Below are positions 45,593 to 59,058 of a DNA stretch of 64,000 bases, piece by piece. The notes beneath the pieces are model-generated. The model made no database searches, was not told the origin of the DNA, and was given only the letters and a program-made list of their open reading frames with translations. Origin of the DNA: the human T2T-CHM13v2.0 reference genome, Homo sapiens; assembly GCF_009914755.1 (NCBI RefSeq), contig NC_060947.1; one strand, 5' to 3'. Within the stretch, counting starts at the first letter, position 1. Each line of letters opens with the position of its first letter. Made by a program: the position numbers and the translations under genes.

Positions 45593-46929
45593 CAGAATGA
45601 AGCAAAAAAAAAATTACTGGTGTTTTCTTTCTCCTCCCATCTGTGAAGCTGTTGGATTGATTTTACTGCCATCATTATCCCTGTTTGAAGGCAGGGGGCT
45701 GTCTTATTACCCAAAGAGGACATTTATTGATTTGGTTTTCTTTTTCCATTTTTACAATGCATCTTTATCGCCCATATGGCCTTTCTGGAGGTGGTTTTCA
45801 GTCTGGCTTGTTGAAACATCAAATTATACCTGTCTTAGAGAAAATAGAAACAAAAATCTTTCTCTTCCTTACTTGCTTGTTGTAGTCAGTTAACTCGGAC
45901 TGAGTATTCAGAGTCTTGATTATCACTTAATTCATAGTTTCATAAATCTCTGGAATGGGCATAGGTACAGGACTTAAAAGCCTGGCATCTCAGACAGAAA
46001 TATGTTTTTAGCTTTGGTGGTTTATAACAGATGGGACTTTTAGGCTGTCATTGGTGCAGGGCTCAGCACAGAGTCAGTTGTAATCTGGACAGGTTTTGTT
46101 GTTGAGGAAGAGTGGGAAGAGGGAGTCCTACATTTTCTCCTTGTCAGTAATGTTGGAGAATTGGGGTGAGGGTGAGGCTGGGCAGGGAGGGTCTGCATAG
46201 AAAAAAGGGTGCGGTGAGAAAAAATAATGCTACTAAGCCATGAGGGTAAAATGACCAAATTCTGGTTGAGAGAAACTTGGTCAAAGTGTGTATGGGGAGA
46301 GAAAGTTGGTCAAAGTCTGTGTCTGAGTGCTTGGTGGGATGAACTCTGGGTTAGAAACAGGCATGGAGGGAAATAGTTGGTTTATGGAGTGGGTAGGATG
46401 AGTGGGGTGGTGAAAGGGAAGGCATTTTGGATGCTAAGAGACCAGGAAGTCAAAGCAAGGCAATACACATAAACAGAGGTAAGGGCTCAGAGAGGTTTTA
46501 GTTGTGTAGACTTGGATAAGAAATTTTCCCTTTTGGACCTCAGTTTTCCTTGTTTGTAAAACAACGGACTTGAACTAGATATTTTAAAATGTGCTTCCAG
46601 CTTAGACATTTTGTGACCGTTCTACAAATTACAAACATAATCATCATCATTTCAGCAAACTCACATGTATTTATACCTGCATAAGTTTTTGGTCTTGCTT
46701 TCCTAGAAGGTGACTAATCCCAGATCCTAATCAATTAAAGAAGCAATCTTCAGATGGGGATAGAGCCAGCTGAGAGAGTGTACTATGGATGGAGTGAGTT
46801 AAAACTCAGGACTCAGATTTTCTCCTTGTGATCATTGCTGGGTAACTTCCTTTCTTTTCTATTTTCTCATCTGGAAAATCAGGATATGAATCCCCATCTC
46901 TACCTCATTATGTTTCAAAGAGGGTTAAT

Positions 46930-47520
46930 TAATCCATCATGTGCATTATGTGCTCAAGAATTTACTATTTTTCAGACATTTTCTAGTAAAACATTGAAGA
47001 TTATATGTCCATTTGTTTTGTACACATGGAGTGCTGTTTGGTACACATCATAAAATTGAAACTGTAGTTTACATTCTGAACTCAAAGAATTACACCATCC
47101 TCACTGATGTTTACAATAGGTCCCAATTTAGTTTCTTTAGCAAATTTTATGTAAGTATGGCTTTGATTCTCTCTCTCACTCCAGGTTTTTGTTAGGGAAG
47201 AAATGCAAGTGAACCCTCATTGAACTCTTTCTGTCCTTTAAATCCATTCTTTCCCACCTCAACTCATGTGGAATTGAATGTTGCCTCTAGTTTGGAGTCT
47301 AGCAGAGAGTTTTTGGTGCATATCAGTGTCCCCTTCACTCCCTGACTTTTCAAGTAACATTTCCCAGAGGCAAATTAACTCTGCTAAGAGGATCTGCTTG
47401 CAGCTTCAACAGAGCCTTCATCAGGTATCTTTGGCCAAGGAGTTGACTGATCCTGACTTTGCGAGTCCTAGAGATCTTTTCACAAAGCTCCTCTCATGTT
47501 TCTGCCTCTGATTTTCTTAA
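46930..47520. promoter_or_regulatory. Candidate AR/FOXA1/HOX-bound intronic element
   Basis: Apparently repeat-free block with ARE-like TACACAtggAGTGCT (47021-47035), TCATAAAA (47048-47055) and TGTTTAC (47108-47114). Confidence 0.4.
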
Positions 47521-47543
47521 ATGTCACAGACAGACTTTAGATT

Positions 47544-47870
47544 TAGGGGTTGGTTAACTTTTTTTGTAAAGGGCCATGTAGTAAATATTTTAGGCTTTGT
47601 AGATCATATGGTCTCTGTGTCAACTACTCAACTCTGCCTTTGTAGGATGAAAGCAGCCATAGACAATACTGGAACTAATGGGAGTAGCTGTGTTCCAATA
47701 AAACTTTATGGGCACTGAAATTTGAATTTCACTTAATTTTCACATGTCGTTTAATATTATTTTTCTTTTTTACCATTTAAAAATTTAGAAATCATTCTTA
47801 GCTCTTTGGGCCTCACAAAAACAGATGGTAGAGTGGATTTGGTTTATGGGCTGCAGTTTGTTGACCTGTG
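47544..47870. mobile_element. MER58B-like hAT-Charlie MITE
   Basis: aggggttggttaact...gtaaagggcc...gtagtaaatattttaggcttt...gtgttccaataaaactttat...gcagtttgttgacc; TSD-like ctttagat/ctttagct. Confidence 0.85.
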
Positions 47871-48707
47871 CTTTAGCTAATCACTTCTGTACTTATAAAT
47901 CTGCATAGGTTTTATGTTTTTCCATCTCTTGGTATCTTAGTAGGCCAGTCAAAGTTTGAACAACTTGTTAGCACAGAATACCTGGCCTAGTGGCTTCTTG
48001 GTCCTGAGCTTATTTACTAAACAAGAGAAAAAATAAATAAGTCTAGAAATGCTAGAAGAGGATACTTTTTTGTTTTAATGATCTAGTAGATCACTCCTCC
48101 TTGCAATACCCAGAGGAGAAACTGAAAATATTTCAAACATTTTCTAGACTTCTGTGTTGTAAATTTGTGGATAACTATGAACTATATATGAATGAACTTT
48201 TCTGGATGACACATATATTCCAGATGGTAAAAAGGAAGGGCTTTGGGGACTCTCTGGTACCAAGTGTCATGGAAAAACTGTGTGTCTCATAGAAAGTAGA
48301 TCCCAGGAGGCCAGCAGAGTTGTGGATCTGCCATATATTACCTCATGATTCTGTCTTCGCACACTCACCGGCTTAATTCTGGGCCTCCCCATAACACGAC
48401 TAGACCACAGGCTTGCAGAAGAAATAATTTAGCTCTGTAACTCATTGAAGTTGGTGCCCACCCAAGTCTCTGTCAGTGCCCAATTCGGGAGCCATGCCAA
48501 GAATTTGCCATTGCTGCTTCATGGTGGCCTTGTGCCTGCTTATTTATAGCCTGTGCATTTTATGAAACAGGGATTAATAAGAAGTTGCCATAGCACTTGC
48601 ACCATTATGTAAATATCTGTAATGCTTACATAACTTTTGTCACTTGCAAGACCTTTTGAGTCCATTGCCTTCTGCTACCATGCCTTACCAATTTCCTAGT
48701 CCCTTAT

Positions 48708-50164
48708 TATTATTTTTCAATTCATTATATTTAACTTCTGTGATACACGTTCAGAATATGCAGGTTTCTTATATAGGTATACACGTGCCGTGGTGGTGTG
48801 CTGCAACCAACAACCCGTCATCTACATTAGGTATTTCTCCTAATGCTATCCCTCCACTAGCCCACCACCCCCTAATAAGCCCCAGTGTGTGATGTTCCCC
48901 TCCCTGTGTCCATGTGTTCTCATTGTTCAACTCCCACTTATGAGTGAGAACATGCAGTGTTTGGTTTTCTGTTCCTGTGTTTGTTTTCTGAGAATGATGG
49001 TTTCCAGCTTCATCCGTGTCCCTGCAAAGGACATGAACTCATCCTTTTTTATGACTGCATAGTATTCCATGGTGTATATGTGCCACATTTTCTTTATCCA
49101 GTATATCATTGATGGGCATTTCGGTTGGTTCCAAGTCTGTGCTATTGTGAATAGTGCTGCAATAAACATACGTATGCATGCGTCTTTATAGAAGAATGAC
49201 TTATAATCCTTTGGGTATATACCCAGTAATGGGATGGCTGGGTCAAATGGCATTTCAGGTTCTAGATCCTTGAGGAATCTCCACACTGTCTTCCACAATG
49301 GTTGAACTGATTTACACCCCCACCAACAATGTAAAAGTGTTCCTATTTCTCCATATTCTCTCCAGCATCTGTTGTTTCCTGACTTTTTAATGATCGCCAT
49401 TCTAACTGGCATTGACATGGTATCTCACTGTGGTTTTGATTTGCATTTCCCTAATGACCAGTGATGATAAGCTTTTTTTCATATGTTTGTTGGCCGCATA
49501 AATGTCTTCTTTTGAGAAGTGTCTGTTCATATCCTTCACCCACTTTCTGGTGTGGTTGGTTATTTTTTTCTTGTAAATTTGTTTAAGTTCCTTGTAGATT
49601 CTGGATATTAGCCCTTTGTCAGATGGATAGATTGCGAAAATTTTCTCTCATTCTGTAGGTTGGTTGTTCACTCTGATGATAGTTTCTTTTGCTGTGCAGA
49701 AGCTCTTTAGTTTAATTAGATTTCATTTGTCAATTTTGGCTTTTGTTGCCATTGCTTTTGGTGTTTTAGCCATGAAGACTTTGCCCATTCACAATTGCTA
49801 CAAAGAGAATAAAATACCTAGGAATACAACTCACAAGGGATGTGAAGGACCTCTTCAAGGAGAACTACAAACCACTGCTCAAGGCAATAAGAGAGGACAC
49901 AAACAAAAGGAGAAACATTCCATGCTCATGGATAGGAACAATCAATATCGTGAAAATTGCCATACTGCCCAAAGTAAATTATAGATTCAATGCTATCCCC
50001 ATTAAGCTACCATTGACTTTCTTCACAGAATTAGAAAATACTACTTTAAATTTCATATGGAACCAAAAAGAGCCCATATACCCAAGACAATTCTAAGCAA
50101 AAAGAATAAAGCTGGAGGTATCAAGCTACCTGACTTCAAACTATACTACAAGGCTACAGTAACC
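48708..50164 (-). mobile_element. 5'-inverted, truncated L1PA (twin-priming structure)
   Basis: Minus-strand 3' segment 48708-49788 joined to a plus-strand ORF2 segment 49784-50164 via CCCAT overlap; cccttat flanks both ends. Confidence 0.92.
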
Positions 50165-50877
50165 CTTATCAATTTTTTATGTGCCTCTCCATATTCTGCA
50201 GTCAGAAGCTTCTTCAGTCCTTTCAGGGAATTGCTGGGTGACTATCAAACTCTGGTAGTTCATTTTTGCAGTTGGCTGCTGTTGTGAGGATAAGAGTTAG
50301 ACTCACTTTCTCTTCAGAGATAGAAATTATGTATTAATTCTCTGGGTTCTAGACCCACAGCAAGGAGCATACTGCTCCTCAAAATAACTGAATTCTGCGA
50401 GAAGCCATCATTGTAAAACAACAATATCTTCAGTTATAGTAGCCATGTGTGCAACTTCTGGAAACTGTTATTCAGATTTTCATGTTCCTTCCCTGTCTCT
50501 TCATAGCTAGGCAGCTGCTTTCAGCCTTGTACAGATGCTAGTGAGCTTTCTACCTACAAACCTGCAGAAAATTGAACTGAGATTTGGAGGTGAAAGACTC
50601 TTGATAAAGGGAACAAGGTTTAGAATTCTCAGTCCCTTTGCTCCCAGGCTGTGTTGTGACTACTGAGGCACTCCAGTGAAATCACTATTCCTCCTATCTA
50701 GACTAATGCCTGTCTCTGCAGAGCACCTCATAAGAACAGGCCTGGTAGTAATATCCTCATGCATTCAGTCAGTAAATATTTACAGAGTGCTTACTACATA
50801 TAGGGTATTGGGCTGACATATGCAAGATACAGGGCCTGCTTCCAGGAGGTTATAGCTTATTGATCATAAATGTGGCA

Positions 50878-51166
<289 letters not shown>

Positions 51167-52999
51167 AAATGTGGCAATCTTTAAAGCTCTTCAGTGGATG
51201 AAAGGCCACCCTATCTGCTGTCCTTTTGAACTTCGCAACTTTCTTGGTACAGAGTGAGAGGTTATTCTCTTGGTTTTCCATATAAGTAAACTGAGGCTTT
51301 GCCAGTTCATCAACAGGTAGTAAATAATATATTTGGAATTTGAACCCAAGTCTTCTGGGGTCAAAGGCAGCATTCACTCTGCTCTGTCACAGCAGCTCCT
51401 CAAATAAGCCAACATAGAAACCAAGTACTATGCCTAGGCAACAAGAAAGGCAGCAATGAAGAGCAACAGCAGAGTCAAATATGAGAGAAGGAAGTTAAGA
51501 AAGATGTTAAGTACTGTGGGGAGTAACTGAGAAACCACCAAGTATCGCTAACATCACAGGGAACTTGTCTTCCTAAGAAAATTCCAAGCACTTAAAACCG
51601 CTGGTAGTTCATCAGCAACTCTCTTCATTAGATGTGCGAGGGACATGTGGGCCATAGTCCTTCTACTAACTTATATTCTTCAGGGGAAAGTTCTGATTCT
51701 GATGAGACCCAGCATGGTAGCTCTTAATTCACTGTTGTCACACGACTATAGAACAGGAAGCACAACTTAACACCTGTGCTCATGAGAATTTTGCTCCTTA
51801 TGACCAAGCTAAAGAAAGAGCTTAGACAGGATGTGTGGCTATAAATGTAGATTAATGGTTCCTTGGCTCTTTGGTTTGAGCCTTCTCAGCAGAGCATCCC
51901 ACGGAGTGTTTTCCATGGGGCCACGAGCAAGAGAAATCCACTTCCCTCCTCCTCAATGTCAGAAAATAGAGAATATTGTCTTTCAGGATAGAATTAAAAA
52001 GTCATAGAGGCAGCAACTTGTTTTCCTATATTAGGGTTTTAAAATTCTGTTTTTCCTTCCTCTCCTGGGTCAGATCATTGTGTGGATGGACCTTGATTTC
52101 ATTGTGGTATCTGTATGTGGACCCTGAAGACCATGGACTTCTAACAATTCCTTAAGTTACATAAGCACATTCCTACAGGTCACAAGCTCATTTACTTACA
52201 GGATGGTTGATTTGGTCACAGGTTATTTCATGAAAATACTTAAAAGATTTGCAGTGTTCAAAACTGCAGTATCTTTAAACACTAAAACTTGAAGGAAGGG
52301 AATTTAGAAATCAAAAAATCTGGTCAAACCATTTCATGGAAAAGGAAAGTGAGGCTCAGAGAGAGGAAATTACTTTCCTGGGTTTGTATAGCCTATAAAT
52401 GGCAGAAATGAGAGCCTCCCTGCCATTTCTAGTTTTCTGTCTGAGAGACTCTCCTGCCTAATAGCTAATTAGCAGAGTCACAGAGGTCATTACCTTGCAA
52501 TTCTCAAGAATTATGTGAGGCAGCATAGTAAGCATTTATGGCCCTTGGTTCCTAGAAGGAGCTTAGTCCCTGATAGTCATCTCTGCCTTTGCCATTGTGT
52601 GAGACTGTCTTCTGTAACTGTATGTCTTCCTCCCTAGTAAGTTAATGAGTAATAAAGGTATTCTATAGTGAGAGGACTCTGTAAGACATTTCTTGGTGTG
52701 AGGATTGTTCCAAGGTTGTTTTGTGTGTATGTGCATGTATAAACTTTTTTAGGGAGCATATTCATAGCTTTTACATGGATCTCAGAGGCTCTATAACCCA
52801 GAGAAGATTACAGAATACCAGTCTTGTCTTTGGTAAGGATTTTATAGACCCATCCTGACTACAGTGATATCCAACATGGCTATGTAATGACTGGCACTTT
52901 CCCCACATAACATATATTTATTCCACACTCAGTGCCTACTGTGTACATGAGACCTATACCGGGCACTGGGATAAGAGACATGAAATAACAGCTAAAATT

Positions 53000-53140
53000 G
53001 TTTATTGAGCAGTCAGTATGCATTAGATGCTTTGTAGTCATTTTCTTATTCAATCTGTATACCCTCAATTTACAAATGAGGAAACTGAGGCACAGAAGAG
53101 TTGAGTGATTTGCCCAAAGTCATACAAATAGTCAGTGGCT
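53000..53140 (-). mobile_element. MIR SINE (within an L2 remnant ~52910-53400)
   Basis: tttattgagca...tttacaaatgaggaaactgaggcacagaagaggttgagtgatttgcccaaagtca. Confidence 0.8.
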
Positions 53141-53727
53141 ATGTGATGAATAGTTACCAACATAAAAGAGTGAGATTACTGCTGTACTAAAAGTAGGTAC
53201 ATAATCCCCTGAGCAGACAGTATGAGAGAATGATTTATTTTACCTGGAAAGTTTAGGAAGGCTTCACAGAGGAGTTAAGGGTTGATCTGGGTCTTGAGGG
53301 ATGGATAAGAGTTTGCCAGATACAAAAAGGTAGGAAGAGAACTTCAGGAGGAGGGAACAGGCTGAGCAAAGACACGGCGATGTGAAAGTGGGAGGCTTGT
53401 TTGGGGAACATTATGGAATCTGGAGGTTATTGTGGGGAATCTCATCAGATGCAGCAAGCTGTTTGACAGGCCTTCAGTTGGCTCTTTGTACCTTGCTCCC
53501 TCCGCATGCTGAGCTGTCCATAGCTGCCCTAGGCTGGTGTCTGGGATTTTCGGAAGAAGGTTACTATCCAGGTAGTGTAACAAGATGCAGTGCAAAAGCA
53601 CCAGATTGGGGCTCTGGCTCTGCTGCTGACTTACCACCTGGCCTTAAGCATGTCTAGTTCCCTCTTTGTACATTAAAATCTCCATTGGAACAGTAACATG
53701 GTTGTATTAAATGATCTTGAAGATTTT

Positions 53728-53798
53728 ACCTGCACGTTTTGCACATGTACCCTAAAACTTAAAGTATAATAAAAAAATTAAAATAAAAAATAAAAATA
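53728..53798 (+). mobile_element. Tiny L1PA extreme 3' end with poly(A) signal and tail
   Basis: acctgcacgttttgcacatgtaccctaaaacttaaagtataataaaaaaa. Confidence 0.9.
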
Positions 53799-56344
53799 TA
53801 ACAATATAAATCTTTAACAATAATTTTAGTAGTAAATCTCTACAATTTTACAGATAATCCAGATGCATCCATTGGCCAATGGTTCACTTTGTATGCATAA
53901 TATTTGGGAAACAGGCAGACCCAATTTCAATCCTTAGTTGTAAGACTTAATACATATGTGATCTCGAGCAAATCACTTTTGTATGCCTCTATAAGGATAA
54001 TAATAGCTCACAGAATTATTTTAAGAACTAAATGATGTGTAATAAAGCTACTGGTACTCAGTAAGTTTTGTATCCTTTTCCTAGAGTGAGTCTTGGTCAT
54101 AGGCATGCGTATACTTGCAGCGTCCCTGGGTAGGCCGAAAGAGCAAATAAGAGATGGTATCTATGGTATTCCCCAGGTAAAGGAGGCCTTGGGTTGGCAT
54201 AAGATTTCACTTCTCTTTAGAGTTACTTAATTAGGGACCAGAAAGGCCATCAGCATTTGTATGAGAATATAACAAAGGTCAATCTCTTCCTCTTTACTTT
54301 TTACCTCCCAGTACACTGTGAGTAACATTCCCCAGCCAGCCCAGCCAGCACGTGTTCATTGCCTCTCTTGACTTCCAGACTTTGGACTTGAAGGTGTCAG
54401 AGCTCTCTGTGTATCTTTGTCCCCAACAAGATAAGTCTGACCTCCCCAGCAAATTCAAGTCCTAAGCCACTGTCCAGGAGAAAAGCTAGCAAGGTCATAA
54501 ATTATTCTCCATATTTTCCAGCCATTGGTTTCCCTTGTCCAGCCAGAGGTGTGTCTCAAAGTATGCTGAGGCCAGATTCAATAGAAACCTGAGCCAGCAC
54601 CTGTGTAAATAATTTTTAAAGCTCCTTTTCCTGAAGCTGGATGAATATTTTTAAAAACTAAGCTGGATTGTCTTTTATCTAGCATGCCGTCTCCTACATT
54701 CCTAGTGCTATGGACCTCTTGGAGGAATGTGGTTTGGTTATAGTGGTATTGTCTTGTCTGTTGTGGGGGAGGGAGACATTTCTTTCAGAAGCAAGGTAAT
54801 ACTTTGGTCTGGTCTATGACTCTATTTTGTTTAAAATGAAACTATGGCAGTATAGTGGTATTCATTCTGCTTCCCATAGGTTAACTTTACATCCCTCTGT
54901 CTTCACCCACTCTTCAGTTCTGATTCTTTTAAAAGCAGCCAACCAAAACCAGCAAGTACATACTGCTTATCTCTGACTTCCACCAGAATCAACTTCAGAT
55001 CTTGTCCAAAGCTCCATCTGAAGAGAGGGGAATAACACCCAGCCAAGAGCCCTCAGGGCCCATCAGTAAGTAGACATCCTGTCCTTGAGGTTCCTTAACT
55101 CTGCTCAGCTTCAGAATACAGAAGGGGTTGGTTCTTCATTTGTGTTGTTTATAACTAAAAGCCTCCTACTCCCCACTTTTTTGCATAGCTTCTTCTGCCA
55201 TCCCACCTGTGTAGCCTCTTCAACTCCCCCAAAACTCCTCTGTAGCCCATGTCACTTGGAAAGAGTTTTCTTTGTCTCTTTTGCAACTTGACAATGACTA
55301 GCCAGCAAGTTTAAGTTCAAATTATTGTTCCATGGGAGCAGAGATAGATATAGGAAACAAAAAAAAGGGATATGGAGGTATAGAGTGATTTCCCACCTAC
55401 CTAGTGAGCACTACTGAGATATTCAAGTACTCTCTACCCAAGAATTCTATTGATATAAAGGTAAAAAACTTGATCTTAGGTCTAATATCCGTTAGTAGTG
55501 TGACCTTGGGAAAATGATACCACCCCCAAAGGCTTAGTTTTCTTAACTGTAAAATAGGCATACAGATGACCACCCCCAGAGGATTCATAAGGATAACATG
55601 AGATAAGGCAACTTGAAATTTCCTAGCATAGTGATAGACTTTCGAAAATAAAATGAATCAAACACTGATAACAGTACTTCCTAGTACACAAATGAGAAAT
55701 CAGTCCCTCATCAAATTACAGCACATTTTCAATGCTCCAATTATGTCACCGTAGAAATGCTAATGTGGATTAAATAATTTGTCTGTTGCTATTTATACGG
55801 ATAATTTGATAGTAGTTATTTTTGGACATGGATAGCTTTGAAGCCTTACAGATGAGTCCATCCCCAAGTACCCAAAACTAAAGAAAGTTGGCTAGAGTGA
55901 TGACAAGGTGGCAGCACAGAGCTCCCTGCGTTCTGGGCCCTGTCCCCTAGCTAGAGAGAACTCCAGGCTATAAGCATTTGTATTCTCATAGTCCAATGGC
56001 AGGGAAGAAGGGCTGGAGGTGAGTAGTTTTCACTCATTTATTTTTTCAACAAGCATGTATGGTATCAGGCCTTGTATGCATCCAGAGACAAATGTGAACT
56101 AGCCGTGTCCTCAAGGAGATTCCAGTCTGGTGGGCCTGCCTTCCAAGGTCAGTTGCAGCTTTAGCACTATAAAGAGCACCTACCTGCGGCAGATACAATG
56201 TGATGGGACATGACAGAGAAAAAATCTATAAGCAGAGCCTCCCCATTCCCAGGCATTGAAACAATCCTAACCAAGACTGGCATAGTACAATGAGCCTGTC
56301 CCTATCAGCAGGTTTGGAAGCCTTAACAACAACAACAAAAACAA

Positions 56345-56510
56345 TAATAATGGTGATGATAATCATAGAGCCTAATGTTACCAAACATTTTCCATGTGTT
56401 AAGTACTATACTAAGTGCATACTTAATCCTCACAACAATGCTATAAGATAGTAGATACTCTTACTACTACCCTGATTTTACAAATGTGGAAACTGAGGCA
56501 CAGAAGACTA
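56345..56510 (-). mobile_element. MIR SINE
   Basis: ttaatcctcacaacaa...attttacaaatgtggaaactgaggcacaga. Confidence 0.8.
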
Positions 56511-58284
56511 AGAGAACAGGAATACACCTAATTCACCTCAGTTCAACAAACATCAAGCATCTGTTTTATGTCAGGCCTCGTGCTGGATGGCAGGGAGAGA
56601 GAGATGAGTAAAGCATAGTTTCAGTCCAGTGGGAGCAAATGACAGCACACAGTGGGGCAGGTATATTGCAGCCCTTCTGCTTGATGCTAAGAACTCAGTG
56701 TCAGTGATGAATGAAACACAGTCATTCTCTCAAAGATCTTAAAGCTTAGTAGGAGATATCTGTGTGGAAACAAAAATTAAATACTGCTGTGATAAGTGTC
56801 ATAAGAGATAAGTGGAAAATGAGAGAGAGAGATCACTGTAGCAATTGATTGGTTTAAATCAAAGCCCCCAAAAAAATGTTATTGAGAATTATAAAACAAC
56901 TAATTGATTTAAATCAAAGCCCAAACAGAAGTGTTTGCTAATTTTATTTCAATTTGGTTGATAATTTGGTTGAAATGAATTTATTTCATTTTTTATTCCA
57001 TCCTTACAATGGAAGATTAGTGCTTGTTTCCCACCCAAGGATACCAGGATATTTCAGGGGCTGTATTACAATATAGTTAAATTATTCCTTTATCTCAAAG
57101 CACATCCACACTTTCCCCTATCCTTACCTTTACTCAGGGTATCTCTTCTGCCTCAGGTGCTTTTTCTCCACATTTCCATATTCTTAAGTCCTACCTTCCT
57201 TCAGGGCCTCACTCAAATGCCTCCTCCTCCATGAAGCATTCACCCGACTGAAAGGTACCCCGCCCTCTCCTGTACTCCACATCACTTCATGGGTGTCTCC
57301 ACTTCCTGCTTTATCTTTCAGTAATACACTTACAGTTCTCTTTCCTCCACTAGACTGAGCTCTTCAGAGGAAGACTCACTTGGCTGAAACCATGATTTTA
57401 CTTTAAACACATTGAAAACCTCTACTGGAGTGCATTGTGTCTGGTGGGCTTCAACCTTAATTCTTAAGTATGTGAAAACACATCACCTATCTGGAGGTTT
57501 ACACTTTCTGCTAATGACTTTATTTTTAAGCCCACCACCCTAACACAACAAATACTTAAAACTTGTCTTCATTTCCTTTAGGTCTGGCCCTCATGCATGC
57601 ATATAATTTATAGAGTCACTGTTTTGCTCGGTTGTCCTCATGCCTCTATATTATTGGAGGTTTAGATTGTTTCCATATACTCAGGTTGTATTCATGTCCT
57701 TTTTTTCTTTTTAAATTTCCTTAGCATCCATTTCCACCATTGGAAATTCAGGGTCAAAACAGGGGTTTGGGATTGGAGCATGTCTATCACAGATAACCAA
57801 TCATGTGTTATGACTTAAGAATTTATGAAAGGGCCCTCTACCTGAAGATATCTTGCTACTGATGCTGTCTCACAGTGTCTGAAACTCCCATCATATGTGG
57901 AATTGTTTTGGAAGGCTTTGCCTCCTGGGACACATTCAGCCATAATCAAGAAATAGTATTGAGCATTAGACTGTCAGTATGTCCATTAGCAAGACTGTGG
58001 AGGAATGGAATCACCAATATTATATTTTATAGGGGATACAGAATACAAGAGAAGTTCTGAAGAGAAAATTCTTATGTAGAATAGGAAGGCTTAGATACAG
58101 CATGAAAGCTGCAGGCTTTGAGGAGCCAGAGGTCAAATGAAAGCATTGAGTATTTGTTTAGATGAAAGAACAGAAAGGGAAAAAGAAGCAGAGGAAGGGA
58201 TAGTAGAGAGAAATGTATAAGTTTTATCCATTTAACTTGTAATTGTGTTTGGCTATGGGCACAATAGAAGCAGTGAGATCACTT

Positions 58285-58457
58285 TATTTTATTTTATTCT
58301 TTATAGACAGGGTCTTGCTATGTTGCCCAGGCTGCAGTGTGCAGCTCTTCACAAGTGTGATCATAGCGTACTACACCCTCAAACTCCTGGACTCAAGCAA
58401 TCCTCCCATCTCAGCCTCCTGAGTAGCTGGGACTACAAGTGCACACCACCACGCCCA
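58285..58457 (-). mobile_element. FAM (fossil Alu monomer) with perfect TSD
   Basis: Single monomer with the FAM-type segment ttcacaagtgtgatcatagcgtactaca; CAGTGAGATCACTT at 58271-58284 and 58456-58469. Confidence 0.85.
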
Positions 58458-59058
58458 GTGAGATCACTTGAAACTAGGGAGAGATGTGTGAGTTCTGGGC
58501 AACCAGTAGTTGGCTTTACATAGAACTGTAGGGGTCAAGGCCAAAGGGGACGTCCTGTTCCAAGTCACCTTCTTTGGACATTAGAAAACCACGAGGGGTT
58601 TGGAAATCAGAAAACCAGCAGAGGCAGGAAAACTCAGGGCAGCATGGGAGATTCAGTATATACAAAAAGGTTCACACCAGTAATCAAACAGAATTTTAAC
58701 TGCTGATGTGGAGTAGAGGCAGCTTTGTCTGCTGTGTGATAACCAAACCTTTACGAATAGTAGGTGTATATGGGGAATTGGAGGGAGATAGGTGGCTGTG
58801 TTTAGTAATTGGTTGACTTCACTGAGATGGTTTGGGGATTGTGGCTTCCAGATGATCAGATTTTCTTTTTTAGGTAGAGACTCCAACATCATTACAGAAC
58901 TATAAATTACATATGGAAAAGAAAGGCCTCCTATGTTAGAATAGAAAATAAAATGCTGTGGGGTTGAGGGACAGAGGTGCTGTCTAGGAAGTCAGATAGC
59001 GTTTTCCAGTTCTGTCCCTCAGAGTTCCTTGTCCTCATTGAGACTCAATTTCTCTTAC

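Noticed and set aside
58285-58457. 7SL RNA gene or pseudogene
   Set aside because: Lacks the 7SL S-domain; length and sequence fit FAM.
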